From positions 190,030,001 to 190,094,000 of the forward strand of contig NC_042998.1 of assembly GCF_006345805.1 (NCBI RefSeq): a stretch of 64,000 bases of DNA, read 5' to 3'. Shown here one piece after another: positions 14,969-26,928 of the stretch. The notes beneath the pieces are model-generated. The model was not told where the DNA came from. It ran no database searches and saw only the letters and a program-made list of their open reading frames with translations. The DNA is from Octopus sinensis. Lineage: Eukaryota. Positions within the stretch are counted from its first letter, which is position 1. Every line of letters starts with the position of its first letter. The translations under genes were made by a program, and so were the position numbers.

Positions 14969-15182
14969 GTTAATCCAAACATGAAAACACAAAGAGAAAA
15001 CACAACAACGCGAGGACGTGGAATAAGTATAGTATTATTGGACGCTCAGGAAAGGAAAGAAAGAAGGAGGATTTAACGTTTCGAGCGGAGCTCTTCGTCA
15101 GAAACATAGGAAAATGAAAGATCCAAAAAAGGGAAGTCGAAGGAAATAAATCGCCAACGGTACACACACGGTCACATTTTGA
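14969..15182 (-). mobile_element. Family C short (~210 bp) HHR-bearing repeat, PLE-terminal-repeat-like
   Basis: Homologous to 30877-31090 and 35211-35565; abuts (TA)n; contains a hammerhead core. Confidence 0.75.
15071..15105 (-). ncRNA. Minimal type I hammerhead ribozyme (family C)
   Basis: Minus strand: GTTT CTGACGA A GAGC-TCC-GCTC GAAA C GTT ^ AAAT. The core CUGANGA/GAAA is intact, stem II has 4 bp, stem III is the palindrome ACGU and stem I is GUUU/AAAU. Confidence 0.75.
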
Positions 15183-15201
15183 AAGAGAGAGAGAGAGAGA
15201 G

Positions 15202-16620
15202 AGATAACTAAACAGATAGAGAGATAGATACAGAGATAGACGGACAAACAGACAGACAGACGAACAGGTAGCTGAATATATGTATTGGATAGGTGCTTAT
15301 GCCAGTAAGAAATATTCACAGACTTTGTTACTCAATTTTTAACAGTATACTAAGCTCCAATCTTATATTATCTAAACGTAATAAAGTTTTTGAATATAAT
15401 GAATATTGTGTTTTCTATCTCTTATAATACATACACACATTAACACATCTATATTGTTGTGTGTGTGTGTAGTTTCAAATGTACAGAGAACAAGACAAAG
15501 ACAGGTGAGGGGACGCTCGAGAAGAATGAAAAGACTTTGATGTTTCGAAACCTATGCTCTTTGACTGAAAGAGACGAGAGGCGAAACATTACAGCGAGAA
15601 AAAAACGGAGGGAATACACACACACACACACAAACACACACCAACGCGCAAACACGCACGCACACACACACACACAAACACACACACTCATGGCATTTAA
15701 TATACACAGGATTCAAATGTGAGCCACTAAAATTCATGCTCTCTTTGTACAATAGTTGACGAGCAAGTAAAGACTTCTATGTACTATGGTGTAATCATTC
15801 AGACTCAAATTCAGCATGGCTCCTCTCTAAGTTCATATTTATATCCTGTGGATATTCCTTTCAATTATAGGCAGAAGGCTGGAAATTTTAGGGGAGTGGG
15901 TAGTCAATTACCCACTCCCTAAAAGTAGCTAGACAGGATGAAAGACAAATCGACCACCTCGGCAGAATTTGAACTCAGAACGTAAAGATGGACGAAATAC
16001 TGCTAAGTGTTTTATCCGGTGTGATTACAATTCTGCCATCTTACCGCCTTAAATCCTGTATATACTAAGTGNNNNNNNNNNNNNNNNNNNNNNNNNNNNN
16101 NNNNNNNNNNNNNNNNNNNNNNNNNNNNNNNNNNNNNNNNNNNNNNNNNNNNNNNNNNNNNNNNNNNNNNNAGATAACTAAACAGATAGAGAGATAGATA
16201 CAGAGATAGACGGACAAACAGACAGACAGACGAAAGGTAGCTGAATATATGTATTGGATAGGTGCTTATGCCAGTAAGAAATATTCACAGACTTTGGTAC
16301 TCAATTTTTAACAGTATACTAAGCTCCAATCTTATATTATCTAAACGTAATAAAGTTTTTGAATATAAATGATATTGTGTTTTCTATCTCTTATAATACA
16401 TACACACATTAACACACTATATATGTGTGTGTGTGTGTAGTTCAAATGTACAGAGAACAAGACAAAGACAGGTGAGGGGACGCTCGAGAAGAATGGAAAA
16501 GACTTTGATGTTTCGAACCTATGCTCTTTGACTGAAAGAGACGAGAGGCGAAACATTACAGCGAGAAAAAACGGAGGGAATACACACACACACACACAAA
16601 CACACGCACGCGCAAACACG

Positions 16621-16651
<31 letters not shown>

Positions 16652-17038
16652 TCATGGCATTTAATATACACAGGATTCAAATGTGAGCCACTAAAAATTT
16701 CATGCTCTATTTGTACAATAGTTGGACGAGCAAGTAAAGACTTCTATGTACTATGGTGTAATCATTCAGACTCAAATTCAGCATGGCTCCTCTCTAAGTT
16801 CATATTTATATCCTGTGGATATTCCTTTCAATTATAGGCAGAAGGCTGGAAATTTTAGGGGAGTGGGTAAGTCAATTACCCACTCCCCTAAAAGTAGCTA
16901 GACAGGATGAAAGACAAATTCGACCTCGGCAGAATTTGAACTCAGAACGTAAAGATGGACGAAATACTGCTAAGTGTTTTATCCGGTGTGATTACAATTC
17001 TGCCATCTTACCGCCTTAAATCCTGTATATACTAAGTG
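15202..17038. other. 100-N assembly gap (16072-16171) flanked by a near-identical ~870-bp direct duplication (15202-16071 and 16172-17038)
   Basis: Both copies start agataactaaacagatag and end tatactaagtg exactly at the gap edges. The differences are mostly single-base indels. Confidence 0.92.
15470..15625 (-). mobile_element. Degenerate family D HHR-bearing repeat (second copy at ~16440-16590 in the duplicated segment)
   Basis: Minus strand CTTT CAGTCAA AGAGC ATAG GTT(T)C GAAA CATC AAAG TCTTTT aligns to the 21428 motif; the core is mutated. Confidence 0.55.
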
Positions 17039-17200
17039 AAATTTATTTCTCGCTTTTTTGTTGATCTCACCAATAACGGAAAAGTACACAGGCGCATGCA
17101 CACACACATTCATTCATTATCTATCTATCTAGCTATGCCTTTCATCCCTCTCCCAAAACATTTCGAGCCTTCTGCCTAGATTAGAAAAGTATATTGCACA

Positions 17201-17608
17201 GGCGCAGGAGTGGCTGTGTGGTAAGTAGCTTGCTAACCAACCACATGGTTCCGGGTTCAGTCCCACTGCGTGGCATCTTGGGCAAATGTCTTCTGCTATA
17301 GCCCCGGGCCGACCAATGCCTTGTGAGTGGATTTGGTAGACGGAAACTGAAAGAAGCCTGTCTTATATATGTATATATATATATATGTGTGTGTGTATAT
17401 GTTTGTGTGTCTGTTTTTGTCCCCCTAGCATTGCTTGACAACCGATGCTGGTGTGTTTATGTCCCCGTCACTTAGCGGTTCGGCAAAAGAGACTGATAGA
17501 ATAAGTACTGGGCTTACAAAGAATAAGTCCCGAGGTCGATTTGCTCGACTAAAGGCGGTGCTCCAGCATGGCTGCAGTCAAATGACTGAAACAAGTAAAG
17601 AGAGAGAG
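17201..17608 (+). mobile_element. Full-length tRNA-derived SINE-A (internal TA/TG microsatellite, LINE-like 3' tail)
   Basis: A box TGGCTGTGTGG, B box GGTTCAGTCC, central cttgggcaa..tgtcttc, tail GGCGGTGCTCCAGCATGG..CAGTCAAATGACTGAAAC. There are at least 8 homologues in the window. Confidence 0.92.
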
Positions 17609-17718
17609 TTACATTTGCAACAGTAGATAGTCACTTCAACGGAAACGCGTTTAAGTCATTATAATATGCTGTATATAAGTATAAACCAAATTTTGTGGAT
17701 GTATAAGTCTCCATATTC

Positions 17719-17779
<61 letters not shown>

Positions 17780-17781
17780 AA

Positions 17782-17961
17782 TACGCCCTTTTAAAGCCTA
17801 GTCAGGCTCACGGACCAGGTTTCCCGGTTTCTATGGCGTATGTGTTCCCCAGCTGGACGGTACGCCAGTCCATCGTAGCGTTACTCATTTTTCCCAGCTA
17901 AGTGGACTGGAGCAACGTGAAATGAAGTGTTTTGCTCCGGAACACAACGCGTCGCCCGGTC
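17782..17961 (-). mobile_element. 5'-truncated SINE with a V-domain-like core
   Basis: Shares gaccgggcga, actggcgt.ccgt.cag and gaaaccgggaaac with the full copy at 23792. Confidence 0.7.
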
Positions 17962-18576
17962 ATATATATATTTGTCTAACTTCACTGTTAATAAATGTGT
18001 GTATTTTATTTAATTCAGTGAAGATATCAAATACCAAAGTGAGCGAAACACCAAAATATTTTCTATTTTAACAAATATTTTTCAAGATTTGAGAACTTTT
18101 CATGATATAACTTTTCAATATCTCGGAATGCAGAGTTACCTGCATTATATCACATATGTACATTATATAACATGTGACATGAAATATATATCACAAATAA
18201 TATATAACATAATATTATAATATTATAATATTAGAATTTAATCATAAAACTATGAAATATGGAAACTGATATTGCCTAAGGAAGATAAAATAGACAGCAA
18301 ATAAAATAATTTGTAAGATTGTGCAATTACATTTGAGAAGCACAGTTTTAATTGAACACATTCTAACAAACGCATGCACGCACACTCACGCGACGTCGCA
18401 CAAATATATATATACATACATGTACACACACACACACACACACACACACATGAATAATAAAGAGAAGTTTGACAAAATCTTTGTGATCTCCAGTTGACAG
18501 CTGATTAAGCAAGTGCCATGCACCTGAGCTTGTTTATAGAATAAATACACACACAATCTTACATACAGTTATACAC

Positions 18577-18607
<31 letters not shown>

Positions 18608-18641
18608 CATACATACATACATACATACATACATACATACG

Positions 18642-18820
18642 TGGGTGCAGGCCTGGCGTTGTGGTTAAGAAACTCACTTTGCAACGACGCGGTTTCTGTT
18701 TCCGTCTCCCTGCGCTATTTTTTTAGCTAGTGTCTTCCACTTTAGCCACTAGCCAGTCAATGCTTCTGAGTGGATTTAGTAGACGGAAACTACGTGGAAG
18801 TCTGCCGTACACCCCCCACC
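18642..18820 (+). mobile_element. Degenerate 5' half of SINE-A (3' half at ~20420-20540)
   Basis: Matches ggcgttgtggttaagaa...gagtggatttagtagacggaaact. A degenerate tail follows the intervening PLE. Confidence 0.6.
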
Positions 18821-18949
18821 ATACACACACACATGTATGTATGTATGTATGTATGTATGCATGTATGTATGTAGGTATGTATATATAAACGAGTGCGTAG
18901 ACAAGCGAAAGAAAAGGGCACTCAACACACTTAGTATCATTTACATGTA

Positions 18950-19915
18950 TTGAGCCCATGAGATGCAAGGAGTGAAGAGAGAAGATTAAATCTTGTTCAC
19001 AGCGAAGGTGGGAGTCTGGAAGGCCCCTGTGCAAAGACAGTCCGAACACAGACAGATGTAGTAAATGATCGGTAGAGCGGAAATGGCTCGAGACCGGAGT
19101 GTCATTGCCGAGTCTCATGTCTCGGAGGTGCTCCACGAACCGGTCAGCCAAGCGGCGTCCTGTTTGACCGATGTACAGAAAAGGGCAGAAAGAGCAGGAA
19201 ATGCAGTAAATGATGTTGCTGGTAGTGCAGGTAAAGGAGTCAGAGATCTTGATAGGGACGATGAGTGCCCGTGAGGATGGTTGTGTTGGAGAGGAAGGGA
19301 CAAGTACGGCAGCGTGGGCGGGAGAAGGGGAACGAGTCAGGCTGGGAGGTGGTGTTAGGGAAGAAACAGTGGACCAGGAGGTCACGCAGGTTGTGGCCTC
19401 GTTTTAAGGAGGGAAGGAAAAGGTTGGGGAAGATGTACGAAGTGGAGGGGTCGGACTGGAATCGCCGAAAGGCTCGGAGAATGGTACGTTGAAAGGATAG
19501 GGTGTAGGAGTGGTAGGTGAGGGGAAACGGGAGACGGGTAATAGTGGGGTGAGTGCGGGGATAAAGAGCAGAGGCACGATCCATGGAACGTGCCTTGGCA
19601 AAGGCAGTGTGGATAGTGATGAGAGGATATCCATGAAGGATGAAGTGGCGAGCCATGAGTTGAGACTGAGTCTCAAAGTCATAGTTGTCACTGCAGAGTC
19701 TGTGCAGACGGAGGAATTGAGTGTAGGGAATGGAGAGCTTGGTATGGGAAGTTGAAGTAGGCGTCTGAGTCGGTGTGTTTGTAGTGGATGGGGGTAATGA
19801 GAGCGGAGTGGTGTATACTGACGGAAATGTCGAGAAAGGCGACGAAAGAGTTAGAATTAGTGCAGGAGAATTCGAAGGCAAGAAGGAAGGATTAGATAAA
19901 AGAGAGGAAGGGAGT
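18950..19915 (-). pseudogene. Penelope-like element fragment: RT thumb, Cys linker and GIY-YIG endonuclease, frameshifted and 5'-truncated
   Basis: Across frames: FLDISVSI...HYKHTDS; LSIPYTQFLRLHRLCSD...HGYP; RLPFPLTYH...NLRDLLV; RPRCRTCPFL; FTCTTSNIIYCISCSFCPFLYIGQTGRRLADRFVEH. The Cys-rich linker is typical of Neptune-type PLEs. Confidence 0.92.
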
Positions 19916-20141
19916 ACGACCAGTGAATCATGAGAATATTTGTTACCCCTAGTTTTATCCAGATCTAACTTCCTACTCTTTGGACTTACATATTTTAACT
20001 ACTTCCCGAACTTTCTGCACCTCTCCTCATCTACACACCAGCACTCCACCCGGATTACCACTGGATATACTGACTCTGTTTCACGGATTTCACTGAATTT
20101 TTTTCTTGATACATACATACATACATACATACATACATACA

Positions 20142-20177
<36 letters not shown>

Positions 20178-20220
20178 TATAAGGCACAAAAAGAAACTGA
20201 CTCTCCCCAGACACAACAGT

Positions 20221-20303
<83 letters not shown>

Positions 20304-21184
20304 GATAGATGGATGGATGGATGGATGGATGGATGGATGGATAAAGTGCCTCTATATTTGTGTATACCTGTGTAACCCGTTATTTTCGCTTTTCCTTCGC
20401 CACCGAAGTCACTACACTATATATCAGGTAAAAGTACACTAATCGATATAAAATCAACTAAACCCATTGAAGTCAATGGCCTGAAATGACCGCTGTCCAA
20501 TGACTAGAACCAGTAATAAGATAAAAGAATAAAAGATTATACAAATATACACAATCATACGCCTACGCATATAGAGTAGCACACGCGCATGATCATATTC
20601 AGAGATTAGTTAATTAGGTCTTTCTAGGGAATTAACACTGTGAGAAGGTCGGACTTGTTCTACTTAGGCTGATGTTTTTCTCTTCTCAGCTCAACGTCAC
20701 ATCTCAAGTGGCTGTCAACCTTTAAACCTTCTATATTTACAATACTATCGGTCGCAAATCGTTAAGACTTGACGCTAATGCTGCTATGTTTCCCAACGAT
20801 TCTGTATCACAATGTTGACGGTCACTTCACCTACTTCTGAATATTTATTCCCTTTTGATGAAAGTATCCTAGAATACTGTCTAGAGGAGATCGACTAAGA
20901 GAGAGAGAGGCTCTCTGAGAGAAAGAGAGAGATAGATAAAGGAGAAAGAGAGAATGAGGGGAGATAGACAGAGGAGTGGAAGAGAGACAAAGTGAGAGAG
21001 CGATATGGGAGAGATATAGGGGAGAAAGATAAGGAAAATACAGTAAAAGAGAGGCTGCTATTGAAACGGAGACAATGAAAGAAAGAGAGATGGGGAGAGA
21101 TTTATGTGCGAAGATATCACGCTGTTACACTGTATTAGATGAGTTACTGAAAATAACTAGGAAAGCTCAGCACTGTAAATGGAT

Positions 21185-21395
21185 TTACTCTTTACTCTTT
21201 CTGTTGCTTCAGTCATTTGACTGCGGCCATGCTGGAGCACCGCATTTAGTCAAGCAAACCGACCCCAGGACTTATTCTTTGTAAGCCCAGCACTTATTCT
21301 ATCGGTCTCTTTTTGCCGAACCGCTAGGTTATGGGGACGAAAATGCACCAGCATCAGTTCTCAAGCGATGTCGGGAAGACAAACACAGACACACA
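21185..21395 (-). mobile_element. 3' half of SINE-A (5' half at 22495-22668)
   Basis: Reverse complement of the SINE-A tail from the internal microsatellite to aagagtaaagagtaaa. Confidence 0.88.
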
Positions 21396-21560
21396 TTTTT
21401 TTTCTCTCCTTGTTTTTTTCTGTGAACCTTTCTGTAGAAGAGCGTAGGCTCGAAACGTAAAAGACTTTTTTTCTATTCCTGAGCGCTATACTAATACATT
21501 TGTTTGTTTTGTACACCACCTGCCTTCGTCTTTTGTTTATTTTCGTAAACTTACCCTTTA
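21396..21560 (+). mobile_element. Family D HHR-bearing short repeat; HHR motif 21428-21463
   Basis: CTTT CTGTAGA A GAGC-GTAG-GCTC GAAA C GTA ^ AAAG: perfect stems I and II, with A6 mutated to U. The downstream TCCTGAGCG is shared with family C. Confidence 0.7.
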
Positions 21561-21751
21561 TATAAATATATATATATATAAAATAATAGTTATCGCCATA
21601 CTAATATGGCATTCTTATAAAAATAAGAAAAAAGCTGTCCGCTTATTAGCTCCATGAGGCCATCGCCTTAAGTTAGCTATTTGATACACAAACTGTATCC
21701 ATATAACCTTCGAACAAGGGAGGTCAGTCGCTCCACACTACTTGACCGGCA

Positions 21752-21792
21752 GCTACAGACGCGTTTCGGGGTTTTGCCCTTTTCAATGCAGC
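21752..21792 (-). ncRNA. Type I hammerhead ribozyme, U3-A8 core variant
   Basis: GCTGCA TTGAAAA GGG-CAAAAC-CCC GAAA CGC GTC ^ TGTAGC. Confidence 0.72.
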
Positions 21793-22149
21793 GTAGCCAG
21801 CCAGTAGTGTCGCTTCCGACAATCTCTGTTCGATGGTTTTATTACCTAGTTTCGGTGGAATACATCCACTTGTTTTCAATAATAGAAATATTAAAATAAC
21901 TAAGTCTCTCTAAGGCGATGGCCTCATGGAGCTAATAAGCGGACAGCTTTTTTCTTATTTTTATAAGAATGCCATATTAGTATGGCGATAACTATTATTT
22001 TCCGGGAACGCTGCCGCTGTTCTCTTTTAGAGAGACTTAGTTATTTTAATATTTCTATTATTGAAAACAAGTGGATGTATTCCACCGAAACTAGGTAAAT
22101 AAAACCATCGAACAGAGATTGTCGGAAGCGACACCTACTGGCTGGCTAC

Positions 22150-22191
22150 GCTGCATTGAAAAGGGGCAATACCCCGAAACGCGTCTGTAGC
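22150..22191 (+). ncRNA. Type I hammerhead ribozyme, U3-A8 core variant
   Basis: GCTGCA TTGAAAA GGGG-CAATA-CCCC GAAA CGC GTC ^ TGTAGC. Stem I has 6 bp (one G-U), stem II has 4 G-C pairs, stem III is the palindrome ACGCGU, and the GUC site is at 22183-22185. Confidence 0.78.
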
Positions 22192-22420
22192 TGCCGGTCA
22201 AGTAGTGTGGAGCGACTGACTTCCCTTGTTCGAAGGTTATATGGATACAGTTTGTGTATCAAATAGCTAACTTAAGGCGATGGCCTCATGGAGCTAATAA
22301 GCGGACAGCTTTTTTCTTATTTTTATAAGAATGCCATATTAGTATGGCGATAACTATTATTTTCCGGGAACGCTGCCGCTTTTAGAGAGACTTTTAGAGA
22401 GACTTAGTTATTTTAATTTC

Positions 22421-22466
<46 letters not shown>

Positions 22467-22494
22467 GATATATAATATATATATATGTATGTAT

Positions 22495-22690
22495 ACATAT
22501 ATACGACGGGCTTCTTTCAGTTTCCGTCTACCAAATTCACTCACAAGGCTTTGGTCGGCCCGAGGCTATAGTAGAAGACATTTGCCCAAGGTGCCACGCA
22601 GTGGGAATGAACCTGGTACCATGTGGTTGGTAAGCAAGCTACTTACCACACAGCCACTCCTGCGCCTACTTACCACACAACCACTCCTGG
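22495..22690 (-). mobile_element. 5' half of SINE-A with a ~23-bp duplication of the head
   Basis: Reverse complement of the tRNA-like head; tacttaccacacaaccactcctg is repeated at ~22667-22689. Confidence 0.9.
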
Positions 22691-23089
22691 ATTTATTAGA
22701 AATAACAGCCAAATCGCCGTCAAATAACACTCAACCTTCTTTAAAAAGCACATTGAATATTGCTTTCTTAGACACACTGAATAAGAAAGGCGGGGTGGTT
22801 AAGATTAGAAATCTTAAGCTTCATAGACATGTGTACCCTTGACGTAATTAATCGTCAGAGAGAATTAGTGTGGCAAAGTGTGTGACATGGTTCCATCCTT
22901 ACTTTGACCAACTATAATTCAAAAATTATGCCCTGCTTCGGATGGAGTATATACATAATCCTTGAACTTCCTAACAATATCAGTTAACCGCTGGAGCATC
23001 TTTTACCATGGGTTTATTCGATCACAGCTGATCTGATGTTAAACAGCAACAACAGCATTAAATCAATAGATCCATGAGAGTTAGAGAGG

Positions 23090-23186
<97 letters not shown>

Positions 23187-23791
23187 GACAGCAGACCAGA
23201 CGAAGTGATATGAGTAAAAATTAACTCCCTCAAAAGAAATTTTATCGGGTGGCACAGAGTTTCTTTCAGGACCCTTTCTTTCATCTGGATGCTAGTCGTC
23301 AGATATTAGCAATCATTTTCTGAGATACCAAGGAATTTGGGACTCCGGGTATAATGCACCACTGCGTTCCTCTCTCGTCGGCTTTGGTAGCAGCTACATG
23401 TTATTTGTTGTTTGTTAAAAATTTGCCAAAGCTTCATGAAGTAGTTCTAAATAGTGTACTGTAAACATATTTAAGTTGAGTAAGTAAATGGATTTCCGTC
23501 AGTTTCAGCGATGAGTAAATTGAATCATTTAGTGGGTGAGTATTCCGCATGCACATATAGCTGTAATGTAATTTTCAACTGTATACGGGGCTAATATTTT
23601 AAACTACAGGAACAATCCAACTTACTGGCTTGAACGCATTTTCCGTCTATTTAAGGCTTAGATCACCTCGAAGTTACAGTCAAACACATCTTTCTAAGAT
23701 GCAATGCTGTGGGGTACAAGCCGGATCTTCGTAACTGCGAAGCAAAATTCTAAACCATTCGGTCATATACAAGACCACGGTCATCGTCAGT

Positions 23792-24100
23792 GGAGGCACA
23801 TGGCCTAATGGTTAGAGCAGCGGACTCGCGGTCGAGGGATCGCGGGTTCGAGTCTCAGACCGGGCGATGTGTGTGTTTATGAGCGAAACACCTAAGCTAC
23901 ACGCGGCTCCGGCAGAAGGTAATGGCGAAACTCTTGCTGACCCTTTCGCCACAACTTTCTCTCACTCTTTCCTCCTGCATCTTGCAGCTCACCTGCGACT
24001 GACCGGCGTCCCGTTCAGGTGGGGAACCTATACACCAAGGAAACCGGGAAACCGGCCCTTATCAGCCAGGCATGGCTCGAGAAGGTACAAACAACAAACA
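23792..24100 (+). mobile_element. Full tRNA-derived SINE (Arg-like head) with a V-domain-like core
   Basis: A box TGGCCTAATGG, anticodon-like arm GACTCGCGGTC, B box GGTTCGAGTC, then ggcgtcccgttcagg...gaaaccgggaaaccggccc and a (CAAA/CAA) tail. Confidence 0.85.
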
Positions 24101-24464
24101 ACAACCATCCTCGTCAACATCACCACCAACATTACTATCAACAAATTCATCCTCATCAACAGTTTTGACATCGTAATCAACAACATGGTCGCAACTTCAA
24201 ATTCATCATCATCATCATCATCGTCACTTTTGAGATCGTTATCAAAACCATGATCACAAATATACTCTCCTCTCAAAGAAGAAAAGAAAAAAAGAAGTCG
24301 GTCATTTTCTTCAACTACCAATCTTCTTATTTGAACCCTTCATTCAATGATTCTTATACGACTTCAGCTTCCCATTGAACTTTGACATCACAATGGAGGA
24401 CAACCGACAATCTTTGTTCCAATTTTTGCTCCATGTTCCTGTCGGTTCCCTCCGCTATTCAGTA

Positions 24465-24472
24465 TGTGTGTT

Positions 24473-24503
<31 letters not shown>

Positions 24504-24617
24504 TTGTGTTTGTGTGTGTTTGTGTGAGTGTGTTTGTGTGTATGTGTGTGTTTGTGTGTGTGTGTGTGTGTGTGTTTGTGTGTATTAGTGTGTGTGTGTG
24601 TTTGCGTGTGTTTGTGT

Positions 24618-24656
<39 letters not shown>

Positions 24657-25010
24657 TGAGTGTGTGTGCGTGCCTCTGTGTGTGTGTGTTTGTGTGCGTG
24701 TATGTGTTTGTGTGTGTGTATGTGTGTGTGTGTTTGTGTGTGTTTGTGTGTGTGTGCGTGCGAGTGTGTGCGTGCCTCTGTGTATGTGTGTGTGTGTTTG
24801 TGTGTATGTGTGTGTCTTTGTGTGCGTGTGTGTGTTTGTGTGTGCGTGTGTGTGTGTGTGTGTATGTGTGTGCGTGCGAGTGTGTGCGTGCCTCTGTGTT
24901 TGTGAGTTTGCGTGTGTGTGTGTGTGTGTGTGTGCGTGTATGTGTGTTTGTGTGTGTGTACGTGCGTGCGTGCGCGTGTGTATGTGTGTGTGTGTGCGTG
25001 TGCCTGTGTG
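24465..25010. repeat. Degenerate (TG)n tract
   Basis: Directly visible. Confidence 0.95.
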
Positions 25011-25299
25011 TGTCAACATTATCTCTCCAACGCTTCGTTGCGAAGTGGCAAACAATAAAATTCTATTTGCAATAAACAGCCATGTTGACACTTAGTCTTG
25101 TCATGATTTCGGAATCAGTATATGTCATCTTTAGCAACCGATGAGTACACATACAGACCGATAACTCGCGAGGCTTTTTTGTTGCTGCCGGTGATGATGG
25201 CGGTGGTGACGGCGGGGTTGGTCATGGGAGCGGTGGCGGTGGTTGCTATTCATCTGAAACTGTCGTGCTGTTTGAAACCTGCAGAAGTTATGGACACAT

Positions 25300-25397
25300 G
25301 AACATGAACCAATCATCACCATGACCAACGTCACCAACAGCAGCAGCAGCAGCAGGGTCATCACCACCAACACCACCACATTCATACCACCACAATC

Positions 25398-25446
<49 letters not shown>

Positions 25447-25735
25447 CCATCGTCATCATTGTCAGCACCAACACCACCTCGTTCACCCTCACCCGTCGTC
25501 AACATCACCACCAACATCACTATCAACAAATTCATCCCCATCATCATCAGCAGCAGCAGTTTTGACATCGTAATCAACACCGTGGTCACAACTGGCTTCA
25601 AATTCTTCATCAGAATCATAATAATCATCATCACCATAAACAACATCATCATCATCGTCATCATCATCGTCATCATCATCATCATATCATCATCATCATA
25701 AACAACATCATAATCATCATCATCATCATCATTAA

Positions 25736-25767
<32 letters not shown>

Positions 25768-26020
25768 ACAACATCATCATCATCATCATCACCACCACCA
25801 TCACCACCATCGTGATCATCATCATCATGATCATCATCATCATCACTTTTGAGATCGCATTCAAAAACATGATCACAACTATCGTCAAATTCTTCGATGT
25901 CGTGGTCATCATCATCATCAGCATGATCACCATCACAATATCCTATATCACCATTATCATCATCATCATCATCATCATCATCGCCACTACTTCCCGCCAT
26001 CTCTGCCACAAACAAACTTA
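25300..26020. repeat. (CAT)n/(CAC)n/(CAA)n trinucleotide region
   Basis: Directly visible; the poly-D/M/I ORFs are repeat translations. Confidence 0.9.
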
Positions 26021-26340
26021 ATCATCGGCGAACACTGCTTAGTCAACCCATACAATGTCTGTTAAGGATATCTGTTTGCATTTTACGCTTCCATCTACCG
26101 CAGATGATTGTAAGAACTGTCTGTGAATTTATACTATTGATAAATATAATATTTATTAATTAATACACAATTTGTATTTGTATTGTAATAGTGTACCAAT
26201 ACAATATTTGTATTAAATAATCAATATATCCTACTCTTCACTTTCACATCCCTGCGCGACATATGCCACACACTCACACATACATGTATATGAACATAGG
26301 CACATACATACATGCGTAGATACGTACATACATCTATATA

Positions 26341-26394
<54 letters not shown>

Positions 26395-26607
26395 CCGGAG
26401 TAAACACATAAATGTGAAACAAGGTGGAAAAAAGAGTACTCAAATACCAGTGGTAGAGTAATATGCTTTATTTTAAGCAGCAGAAAATTCAACAAATCTG
26501 TTACTCTGAGTTTCTCTTTGCCGTTCATCAGACAGTTTTTGCTAGCAAAAACTGTCTATGAACGGCAACGAGAAACTCAGAGTAACAGATTTTGTTGAAT
26601 TTTCTGC
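26395..26607. mobile_element. Family E HHR-bearing repeat with a 128-bp palindrome (26480-26607)
   Basis: Arms of ~62 bp surround a gctagc centre. The minus arm reads CTGT CTGATGA ACG-GCAA-AGA GAAA CTC-A-GAG TA ^ ACAG; the plus arm lacks G5. It is flanked by (TA)n. Confidence 0.75.
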
Positions 26608-26705
<98 letters not shown>

Positions 26706-26928
26706 CCATCTACATATACAACACACACACATGTATATATATATACATATATATAGTATAATATAATATTATCTATATCTACACACACTCACTTACACAC
26801 ACACGCACACACACATATATACATATGTGTAAAATGAAAAAATGCATTCTAAATAATAAACGACAGATAAAATAGGTATACGTATGAGATGCAGTGGGTC
26901 CCTAATTATTCATCAGCTGAAGGTGATG

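Larger units (their letters stand above)
21580..22425. mobile_element. 362-bp tandem/inverted HHR repeat (candidate retrozyme or non-autonomous PLE)
   Basis: The minus-strand near-monomer (21580-21913) is joined divergently to ~1.4 plus-strand monomers (taaggcgatgg at 21911 and 22273). Both ends are in (TA)n. Confidence 0.85.

Noticed and set aside
23792-23870. True tRNA-Arg gene
   Set aside because: No acceptor-stem closure or T-run terminator; it continues directly into a SINE body. The same applies to the other A/B-box heads.
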